In this document: one piece after another, positions 11,001 to 21,112 of the stretch
How the letters are laid out: each line of letters starts with the position of its first letter
Position numbering within the stretch: position 1 is the first letter of the stretch
Assembly (NCBI RefSeq): GCF_020745735.1
Contig: NW_026867774.1
Coordinates: 1 to 64,000, forward strand
Direction of reading: 5' to 3'
Origin: Hemiscyllium ocellatum
Taxonomy: Eukaryota
Length of the DNA stretch: 64,000 nucleotides
Made by a program: the position numbers and the translations under genes
The notes under the pieces: generated by a model
Seen by the model: only the letters and a program-made list of their open reading frames with translations
Database searches by the model: none
Told to the model about the DNA's origin: nothing

Positions 11001-11319
11001 CCTCATCCTCGATGGGTCAGATAGCCCACTCCTGCTCCTATTTCTAATGTTCTTATTATCTTATCTTCCTATGTGAGAGACACACATCAGATTTCCACTT
11101 AACACTCTGTGGCTGTACCTTCCCAGTCTTATTCCCAACACTCCGTGCAGTCCCATCCTTACACAGTTACCCTGATTTAGAATTTATTACTCTCTCTCCC
11201 TCACTCTGAAACTGGGTAAGAAGTTCTATTCCTTATTCTGGTGCTATCTATCTCTCCCAGGATTCTGTGCACCTCTGTGTTCCTCTCTGGTATTCCCTCC
11301 TGGATCCCACAGGCCAAGA

Positions 11320-12250
11320 TAGTTTAAACCCTCTCCAACAGCACGAGTAAATCACCCCAAAGGAACTCAGTCCCAGGTCTGTTCAGGAGCAACCCGTCTG
11401 GTCTGTACATGTCCATCTCCCCCCAAAGCCAGTCCCAATGTTAAAATAATCGAAATACCTTCCTCCTGGACTGTCTTTTCAGTTCCACAGTCACCTGTGC
11501 TATCCTCCTCTTTCTATTCTCAGTTGTGTGGGGCACTGGGGGTAATCTTGGAAATTCCTACTTTTGAGCTCCTGCTGCTAATTCCCTCTGGAACTCCCTA
11601 AATTCTGACTGGAGGACCACATCCCTTTTCTCCCGCTGTCACTGGGACCGATGTGGACCATGACTGCTGCCTGTTCCCCCTCTCCCCTCAGGGTGCTCTG
11701 CAGCAGCTCAGTGACATCCTTCACCTTGGCACCAGGGAGATAACACACCATCCTGGATTCCCATCTGCAGCTGCAGAAACACCTATCGATGCCCTCACTC
11801 TCGAATCTCCTCTCACTCTCACTCTTCCAGTCTTCCTTGTGCCCCCCTATACAGCTGAGCCCCCCATGGTGCCATGGACTTGGCTCTGGCTGCACGCCCC
11901 AGATGAACCATCATTCTGATCAGGATTCTGAACTGAATCCTGGTTGGAGAGTGAGATACACTCATGGGATTCCTGTACTAGCTGCCTGGTCCTTTTGGAC
12001 TGTCTGCTGCTCCCCCATTCCCTCTCTCCCTGCATACTCTGAAGCTGCAGAGTGATCACATCTAGAAACGTGCTCTCTACGGAGCTCTCAGCCTCACGGA
12101 CGCTCCTCACTGACACCAGCTGCTGCTCAAGCTCCGAAACCCGGAGTTCCAACTGCTGTCACTGACCACACTTCCTGTGCTCATGGTATTCCAGGAAGCA
12201 GGACAAGCAGTTTCCTCATGCAACCTGATGCAACTCTCACCACTCCCTGA
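11320..12250 (-). mobile_element. CR1 ORF1 remnant (coiled-coil plus SGNH-esterase-like domain)
   Basis: ELRVSELEQQLVSVRSVREAE and VCYLPGAKVKDVTELLQSTLRGEGEQAAVMVHIG match fish/shark CR1 ORF1 motifs. Confidence 0.8.
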
Positions 12251-12319
12251 TTATCTTTTGTCAAAGTTCTTTTGAGAAACAGCAACAGCAGGGCTCACAA
12301 ACCAGTACTTTCAATGTCC

Positions 12320-12660
12320 ATAGAATCACAGAATTCCTACAGTATGGAAACAGGCCATTTGGTCCATCAAGTCCACGCTGACCCTCCGAACAATAACCCA
12401 CCCAGACCCATTCCCCTACCTTTTTAACCTACATTTACTCCTGACTAATGTACCTAACCTGCACTATGGGCAATTTAGCATGGCCAATTCACCGAACCTG
12501 CACAGCTTTGGACTGTGGGAGGAAACCAGAGCACCTGGAGGAAACCCACGCAGACACAGGGAGAACATGCAAACTCCACACAGACAGACGCCCGAGGCTA
12601 GAATCAAACCTGGGTCCATAGCGCTGTGAGGTAGCAGGGCTAACCACTAAGTGACCGTAC
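12320..12660 (-). mobile_element. Older HE1/V-SINE-type tRNA-derived SINE
   Basis: Core ggactgtgggaggaaacc..gaaacccacgcagacac..gagaacatgcaaactccacac, diverged from the young copies. Confidence 0.85.
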
Positions 12661-12699
12661 TTCCAGTTTTCCAGGGTTTCAAGGAACCTCGACATAAAC

Positions 12700-14345
12700 C
12701 CAAAATACTTAAGATATAGGAGCAGAATTGGGCCAGTCAGAAGAGAGTCTGCTCTGCCATTTGACCTTGTGTGATGTGTTTCTCAACCCCATTCTCCTTT
12801 TAACATTTGATCTCCTTACTGACCAAGAACCTATCTGTCTCTGTTTTAAATATTCTCAACATCTTGGCATCCATAGACCTCTGTGACAATGAGTTCCACA
12901 GATTCACCACCCTGTGGCTGAAGAAATGCCTCCTTATCTCAGTTCTGACGGATCATTCTTCACTCTGAGGCTTTGCCTTCGGGCCCGAGATTCTTCTATT
13001 CGTGGAAACACCTTCTCCATGTTCTCCAGGCCTCTCAATATTCTGTAGTTTCAATAAGATTCCCCCATCATCTTTCTAAACTCAATTGCATACAGATCCA
13101 GAATCCTCAACCGCTCTTTATATGACACCCCCTTCATTCCCAGGATCATTCTTATTCTTTCTCACTTTTTCCTCTGGACCCTCTCCAATGACAGCACATC
13201 CTTCCTTAATAAGGAGACCAAAATTCCAAATGTGGTCTGATTACAGACTTATACAAACTCAGCAGTACACCTCTGACGTTAAAGTTAATGCTAACACTGT
13301 AACTGCCTTTCAAACAGCCAATGGTGAACCTGCACGTTAACCTTCAGAGAAACCTGAGCAAGGACTCCCAATTCTCTTCGTGCTTCAGATTTCTGAAATC
13401 TTTCCTCACTCAGAAAACAGTCTGTGTCTCTATTCTTCCCACCAAAGTATCTAGCCTCACAAGTCCCCGCATTGTACTCCACCTGCCACTTCTTTGCACA
13501 TTCTCTCAGCCTGACCAAGTCCTTCTGCAATCTCCCCCACTTCCTCAACTCCACTTGTCCTTTCACCAATTTTTGTGTCATCTATAAACATATGAACAAT
13601 ATCTTCAGTTCCTTATCCAGATTGTTAATGGATAATATGAATAGTTGTGGTCCCAACACAGATCCCTGCAGATCGCCACAAAGCACCACCAGCCATCCAG
13701 AAAAAAATCCCTTTGTCCCTACTCTCGCCTTTGTGCCGGCCAGCCAATCCTCTACACTTCGCAGTGCCTTGCTCCTGACAGCATGGGCTCTGATTTGACT
13801 TAGCAGTCTCCTTTATTGTACCCTGTCAAAGGCCTGGTGGAAATCCAAATGGATCACATCCACTGGCTCTCCTTTGTCTAACTCACTTGTTACCTCCTCA
13901 AAGATTTCTAACAGATTTATCAGGCATGCCTCCCTTTGATGAAGCTGTGCTGACTCAGCCCAATTTTACCAGGCTGCAATTTTACCAGACTTAAGGGTGA
14001 GATTCCAAATACCTGCAATCTCACCCTTAGGTAGACCTCTAAAATCTTACCAATGACCGAGGTCAGGCTAACCAGCTTATAATGTCCCATCTCTGCCTCC
14101 CTCCTTTCTTAAACAGGGATGTTACATTCACTATTTTCCAGTCTTCTGGGACCACTCCTGACTCCAGTGATTTCTGAAAGATCACAGCCAATGGCCCTAC
14201 AATTACCTTAGCTATCTCCATCAGAACTCTGGAGTGTAGTCCATCGGGTCTGAATGATTTATCCACCTTCAGACCTTTCAGCTGCCTCAACCCCTCCACC
14301 TTAGTGATGCCCTTTCCACTCACTTCTGCTCCCAACTCTCTTGAA
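12700..14345 (-). mobile_element. Degenerate CR1 ORF2 (RT) fragment
   Basis: KVDKSFRPDGLHSRVL..VPEDWKIVNVTSLFKKG; LQKDLVRLRECAKKWQVEYN. Confidence 0.9.
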
Positions 14346-14359
14346 GGTCAGGTGTACTG

Positions 14360-16070
14360 GCTGATATTCAAGCATCATGGTTAGCCACAGGTGAGGTGCC
14401 AGAAGACTGGAGGATAGCGAAGACTGTGCCATTGTTCAAAAAGGGCTGAAAAACAAAAGCCTGGGAATTATAAGCTTAACATTTGTGGTGGGTAGGTTGT
14501 TTGATAAGATAAGATACACATGCATTTGGAAAGAGTGGATTTGATTAGGAGTTGTCAGCATGACTTTGTGAGTGGGGGAATATGCCTCACAAATCTGTTA
14601 AGTTACTTTGATGAATTGACCAGGAAGGTTATGAGGGCAGGATGGTAGACGTGGTCTATATGGGTTTCAGTGAGGCCTTTGATAAGGTTCCACATGGCAG
14701 GCTGTTATGGAAGGTTAGATTGCATGGAATCCAAGGTGACCTGGCAAATTGAATACACGATTGGCTTGATGGTAGAAAGCACAGGGTAATAGGGGAAGTA
14801 TCCTTATTGTACTGGAGGCCTGTGACTAGTGGAGTGCCTCAGTGGTCAGTGCTGAGCCCATTGCTGTTTGTTATCTATAACAATGTTTTGGATGAGAATG
14901 TACAAGGCATGGTTAGTGAGTTTGCTGATGACACTCAAATAATTTATGGGCGGCACGGTGGCACAGTGGTTAGCACTGCTGCCTCACAGCGCCTGTAGAC
15001 CCGGTTCAATTCCCGACTCAGGCGACTGACTGTGTGGAGTTTGCACGTTCTCCCCGTGTCTGCGTGGGTTTCCACCGGGTGCTCCGGTTTCCTCCCACAA
15101 TCCAAAGATGTGCGGGGTCAGGTGAATTGGCCAAGCTAAATTGCCCGTAGTGTTAGGTAAGGGGTAAATGTAGGGGTATGGGTGGGTTGCGCTTCGGCGG
15201 GTCGGTGTGGACTTGTTGGGCCGAAGGGCCTGTTTCCACACTGTAAGTCTAATCTAAGCAGCATCGTGGACAGTGCGGACAGTTATCAGAAATTGCAGCA
15301 GGACCTTGCTCAGCTGGGGAAGTGGGCCGAGAAATGACAAATAGAGTTTAATACAGATAAATGTGAGGTCTTGTATTTTGGAAATTTAAAGCAAGGTAGG
15401 AGTTTCATGGTGAATGATAGGACCTTAAGGAATATAGTGGAACAGAGGGTCCTTAGAATTCAGATAAGCAGTTCTCTGAAAATGGAGTCACAGTAAATAG
15501 AGCAGAGAAGAGAGCTTCATCAGTCAGGGCATTGACTACAGATGTTGGGAAGTTATGTTGCAGTTATACAGGACACTGGTGAAGCCACACTTGGAATATT
15601 GTGTTCAGTTTTGGTCACCTTGTTCCAGGAAGGATGTTATTAAACTGGAAAGAGTGCAGAAGAAATTTGCCAGGATTCAATCGTTTGGGTTAAAGGGAGA
15701 GTACTTTTTTCTTTAGAGTGTAGGAGACTGAGGGAGGACCTCATAAGATTATGAGAGGCATGGATAGGGTGAATTCACTCGTTCTTTTCCCCAAGGTTTG
15801 TGAATATGAGCTAGAGCGCATCAGTTTAAGGTTAGAGGGGAAAGAAAAAAAGGGAACCTGAGGGGCAACCTTTTTACACATAGGATTGTTCGCATATGGA
15901 ATGAGCTGCCAGTGGAAGTGGTTGAGGTGGGTACATTAATAACATTTAAAAGGCATTTGGACAAATACAGCAAAGGAAAGGATTCAGAAGGATATGGGCC
16001 AAGTGTAGGATTAGCGTAAATGGACCAGTTTGGTCCAAATGGCCTGTCTCCATGCTGTAGGACTCTGTGA
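14360..16070 (+). mobile_element. Degenerate CR1 ORF2 (RT) fragment interrupted by a SINE
   Basis: VTSGVPQWSVLSPLLFVIY..SEFADDT; RT sequence resumes after 15257. Confidence 0.9.
14948..15257 (+). mobile_element. Young full-length HE1-type SINE
   Basis: gggcggcacggtggcacagtggttagcactgctgcc head with tRNA-like A/B boxes; CR1-like tail gggccgaagggcctgtttccacactgtaag(tctaa)n. Confidence 0.95.
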
Positions 16071-16073
16071 CAT

Positions 16074-16688
16074 TGTTATGGACCAGGCCAGACCCTTCAA
16101 AACATTTTAAGAATGCAGCCCAGACCTTACCTTTTCGAATTGTGTTCAGCAAATGTAACCTGGATATTCCAGGAATGATACAACTGGCCAAACCACTCAG
16201 CTTGAAGGAAAAGAGTATTTATTTACAATCAAAAGAAAACAGAATTTAGAATAACTTAACTATTTGAAAACCCAACTATTTGAAAAAATGTAACTTGACA
16301 AAGAGTTGTTCCAATTTGCTGTAATAGCCTTGGCAAAAAGGTAAATATAAACACAGGGGTTCTTACAGGAGAGGAATTTCAGAAAGTGAGTCCACTGGAA
16401 AATGTTGAATTGGGGAACCTTTCTCACCAGCAGCTTTCTTTATCCAGGAGCTTCCAACCGACTGTTTGTCAAAAACAGCAAACTGGAAGAACTGGCCATT
16501 CTCCTTTTATTGGACAAGTGTTTAATATAAAACCTAAAAGCCTTTTCCCTGACTGTTGCCTTAGGCAGTATCTGTTAGCCATGAGCAAAGTCCCTAACCC
16601 AGACAAATTGGAACCTCTGCCTTTACAACCCCTCTTGAAAAAAAATCCAAGGACAACTCAAACTTGTGAAATGAGCAGCATTGCCACA
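16074..16688. mobile_element. Probable solo LTR (Gypsy-like)
   Basis: Begins TGTTATGG and ends ..GCCACA, ~615 bp, non-coding; no clear target-site duplication seen. Confidence 0.45.
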
Positions 16689-16689
16689 C

Positions 16690-17990
16690 TACTGTGAAAG
16701 CTGATTTAAGGCACCGATGCAGTTTTTCCACCATTTCTTTGTTCCCCATTACTACTTCTGCCTTTTCCAGTGGTACAATTTCTATTATTGACTCCCTCTT
16801 GCCTTTCATATATCTAAAGAAAACCTCTTGCAATATTCTTTTATGTTACTAACTCGCTGACCATTATATTTTATTTACACACCCACCCTTACTTTTTTTT
16901 AGTTACTCTCTGCTGTTTATTAAAGGCTTCCCAATCCTCCGGCTTCCCAATAATCTTCACCACATTGCCTGTTTTTTCTTTTGCTTTTATGCTGACCCTG
17001 ACTTCCCTCATCAGCCATGGTTGCCTTGGCCTCCACTCAGTACCTTTCTTCTTCCTTGGGTTAACTTCCTGCTCTGCCTCCCAAATTACCCCCAGAAACT
17101 CCTGCCATTGCTGCTCCATTCTCTCTTATGCTCAGCTTCCTTTCTTACCAACTCTGGCCAGCTCCTCCCTCATGTCTTTGTAGTTACCTTAAGTTAATTG
17201 CATTACCGGTACAACTGACTCCAGATTCCCTGTCACAAACTGCAGGGTGAATTCTGTCATATTACGGTCAATACCCCCAAGGGATTCCTTCACCCTAAGT
17301 TCCCTAATCAGGTCTGCTTCAGTACACATCACCCAATCCAGAATTGCCTGTTCCATAGTGATCTCTACCACAAGCTGCTCTAAAAACCATGTTGTAAACA
17401 TTCCATTAATTCCTACCCATGAGATCCCCAAACAATTTAATTTTCCAGTCTCCCTGCATATTGAAGTCCCTCATGACTATTGTAGCAGGGCCTTCTCTAT
17501 CTCCTGATTTATTTTCTTCCTCATATCCTGACTGCTGCTGGGGGGTCCTGTGCTAAGTTCTCATCATGCTCTTTCTCCCTTGCAACTCCTCAACTCTACC
17601 CACACAGATTAAATGCATTCCAACTCTAAATCCCTTCTTGTGATTGATCTCATTTCATTTCTTACCAAGAAGGTAACCCCACCCCCATCTGCCCATCAGC
17701 ATGTCCTGTCAATCGGATGTGCATCCTTGAGTATTTCATTCCCAGCCCTCAACCCCTTACAGCCAGGTCTCTGTGATACTCAAAACATCGTACCTGCCAA
17801 TTCCAATCTGTGTTACAAGCTCATTTACCTCATTTCGGATACGCCCTGCATTCAGGTACAACACCCTCAGTCCTGCACTGACTGTCCTCCTTTTCATAGT
17901 TGTCCCCTTATGCACTGTGCCTAAAATTAATTTTCTGACCCTTTCCATAATCTATGTCCTATTAATTGTTTTGGGAACTTTACTAACCTC
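16690..17990 (-). mobile_element. Degenerate CR1 ORF2 endonuclease/linker region
   Basis: LYLNAGRIRNEVNELVTQIGIGRYDVLSITETWL; EQAILDWVMCTEADLIRELRVKE. Confidence 0.85.
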
Positions 17991-19490
17991 TCCTGAACCC
18001 TGCGTCACTTTAATGATTTTAAAGTCCTTGGGAACCTCAATTTGTGGCATCACCCTGTCTACCTTATTCCGAATGCGCTATCATAAAAAGATTTTAGGTT
18101 ATTTCTACTGTCTGTATTGCCTTGTTACAATATGACATTCACAAATTCTGATCCTTCCTTTTATTTTCTGGTAACAATCAAACCCATCACTAACCACGAC
18201 TCCCACCTTCGCCTGTGCCTTTCATTTTCTCACGTTTTGTGCAACTGAACCCATTTGCTTTCTCTTTGGGTTGACTTCAGGTCAATATTTATCCCTGAAA
18301 TATCACTGAACATGCTTCATAATCTCATTTATTTTTGTGCGATATTGCTGTGTGCAAATTGTGTTTTCTGCATTACAACACTAACCAGTGTCCAGACAAG
18401 TCCCTGACTCTCTGTAAATGCTTTGGGAGAGCCTGACATACAAGTCTCTCTTTTGATGCACTGGGAACCTTTCAGATATCAGAGATGCCATTCCGTGGCT
18501 CTCCTAGACAGACAGCAGGACGGTGTCTCCTGGTGTCCTGGTCAATATTGATTCCCTAATTAGCATCACTAAAAATCTGATCCTCGCCTCATTGTCACCC
18601 AGCTCTCTGGGATCTTGCTGAGCACAGTCTGATGGAAAGAGCCACTGCAACATCCTTAGGTGGAGGCAGGTGCAACATAAATGCAAGTCTTTCTTTGAGG
18701 TTGGAGTCTCCAGAACATGACCCTTGCCCGTTGGATGCACGCTTCCATCTTCCAGGGAACATGGGATCATTAAGAGCAGTGTCACTGTCTGATCCCAGGA
18801 CACTGAGACTCTTTGCACCCTCACATTTGACCTTACCCCAGTGCTGAGCTGGAAGACTTGAAACAAAATCTGGAACCTTCTACATGGACACCCAACGTGA
18901 CTCCTTCCTGAAGTGTGCTGATCCAACTCTGCTCCAATGTTGTTGGATAAAGTTCTCCCGAGCTGTGAGTGATCGGAGGTTTGTTAAAGAGGTGTCGAAC
19001 TCCACCCCACATACCAGCTCTTGCTCCATAGCTCTGGAGGCTTTGGTGTTTCAAGTGAATATCCAGGTGTTTTTTTCAATGTGATGAGGGTTTCTGCCGC
19101 TCTCACCCTTTCAGCTAGTGAGGTCCTGACCCCACCAGCCACTGGGTGAAACAATTACTCCTCAACTCCCCTCGAACCCTGCCCCCAATTCATTTCCATC
19201 TCTCTCCATGGTTATTGCCCTCTGTGCTGATGGAAATCAGTTCTTCCTACCCACTCTATCCAGACCCCTCATCATTTTACACACCATCGATCAACTCTCC
19301 CCTCAGCCTCCTGTGTTCCAAAGAAACCAGTCCCAGCCAAACCAATCATTCCTCAAAGCTAATACTCCTCATTCCTGACAAAATCCTCCACTGTCCCCAT
19401 CTCTCGGGGGATCACATCCTTCCTGCAATATGGTGACCAGAACTGCACACAGTTCTCTCATTGTGCTCTAACGGGGCTTCATTTGAGGTC

Positions 19491-19700
19491 AGAAGTCACA
19501 CGACACCAAGTTATAGTCCAACAGACTAATTTCAAATCACAAGCTTTCAGAGCTCTGTTCCTTCAGCACTGAAGTCACTTCACCTGAAGATGGAGCAGCG
19601 TCTCACAAGCTCGTGATTTTAAATAAACCTGTTGGACTGGAACCTGGTGTCATGTGACTCCTGAACATGTCCACCCCAGTTGGACACCAGAGCCTCCACA
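19491..19700. mobile_element. Hairpin made of two inverted Penelope terminal-repeat pieces
   Basis: gtcacacgacaccaagttatagtccaacag pairs with ctgttggactggaacctggtgtcatgtgac; each arm has a decayed CTGAnGA..GAAA motif. Confidence 0.7.
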
Positions 19701-20287
19701 TCATATCGATAGTTTCACATCTTTGCCGAGACTCTCTCTTTGGGAGTGTCACTCTTACTCTTTTGGGAAAAGATTCTGAATGATCTCTGTGCCTGTCTCA
19801 TCCTTGGAGACCTCCCACTGCCCTGTCACTGATCTCCCATCAAGGCGATGGTTCCAGTGCTCTTTTATCAAATTACCACACAGTTTGGTAAAATGGATTG
19901 TTCCCAAATCAAAACTTTTACACTTGCTCCACGGTTCTCCATTTCCATCCCTATTCTCAATCTCACTGAGTTCCGATCACTGTCACTAAAATGCTCCCAC
20001 ATTGATAGCCCTTCCAGCTGCCCACATTCATTCCTCAAATGGTGGTCACGGACTGTCCCTTATCTTTCTGCTGCGTCACCATCACCTTCTCAGAGACAGT
20101 TAGGGATGGGCAGCGACTGGCTCTGCCAGTGCCATACACGTCCTAAAAAGCAATGTTTAAAATGCCAGTGCTTTGTCAGGTCTGCTAGGTACTGGGTACA
20201 AATGTTCAAACGTTTTAGCAGTTAATGTTCAGAGAGTCTATGTACCTTCAAAAGGCAGGGATTAAAATTGTTTCTCTTGTCTTTCAG

Positions 20288-20615
20288 TCCGTGACAACTC
20301 TCAGCCCAAGCTGACCCTGCTGCCCCCCTCCCCGGAGCAGGTCAATGCCAAGGGCACTGCCACCCTGGTATGCCTTGCCAATCACTTCTATCCGATGAGC
20401 TGGAGGTGCAGTGGAAGAAGGACGGTGCAGTCATTTCGGACGGGGTTCAGACCAGCAACTACCTGCGAGCTTCGGACAGCACCTACAGTGTCAGCAGCCT
20501 GCTGACCCTCTCTGGGTCTGACTGGGAGTCCAACGCTCACTTCTCCTGTGCCCTCACCCATGTGACACTCCCCTCTCCCCTCAGCAAGAGCATCAGGAGA
20601 TCAGAATGTGTGTAG
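20288..20615 (+). pseudogene. IGKC: Ig kappa C exon 1 (C1) with 1-nt deletion frameshift
   Basis: Acceptor ctttcag|tc; RDNSQPKLTLLPPSPEQVNAKGTATLVCLANHFY in one frame, DELEVQWKKDG...FSCALTHVTLPSPLSKSIRRSECV* in another. tatCCgat at 20389-20396 versus tatCCCgat in C2; spliced product would stop at 20503-20505. Confidence 0.88.
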
Positions 20616-21106
20616 AGTGTTTGAGACAGTCCACAGAGGAGACACAACTTTAAATAGAACAGTGCTGAGCTGGCAGGTCAAAGGTCATTTTCAGCACTGA
20701 ATTTCAACTCTCTTCCTTCTCAGGACTGGCTTGGAGATACTTCTGAGCTTCAGGGGTTAAGGCTGGTTGTTGGGATAGTGTAGAGAAAACTTTACTCTTT
20801 ATCTAGTCCCATGCATTCCCTGACCTGGATGTGTTTGATGGGGACAGTGCTAAAGACTGTCAGCTGTGCAAAAACAATGTGAACCTCAAAAGTCTCTGTT
20901 TCAGTAAAACAGACCTCCTTTCTGCTCAGCCGCCAGTTCCAATTTAAGGTTTTGTCACTGTTTAAAGGGACAGGATTCTCATGTTATTGAGAAATTCTCC
21001 ACAAGTGTTTTCCTCAAGCTCCATTGTGGCTGTGAATTTGAGCAGCTTCCTCTGTCTGGGCTGTTAATTGCTGACTGTTTTCTGTCAATGTCAATCTGGA
21101 AAAGGG

Positions 21107-21112
21107 AATAAA
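21107..21112 (+). terminator. Probable polyadenylation signal of C1
   Basis: AATAAA ~490 nt after the stop, followed by a GT-rich tract; conserved at the same position downstream of C2. Confidence 0.65.

Noticed and set aside
14948-15030. tRNA gene
   Set aside because: It is the tRNA-derived head of an HE1-type SINE followed by the SINE body and LINE-like tail; the same applies at 28087-28394 and 41711-42026.
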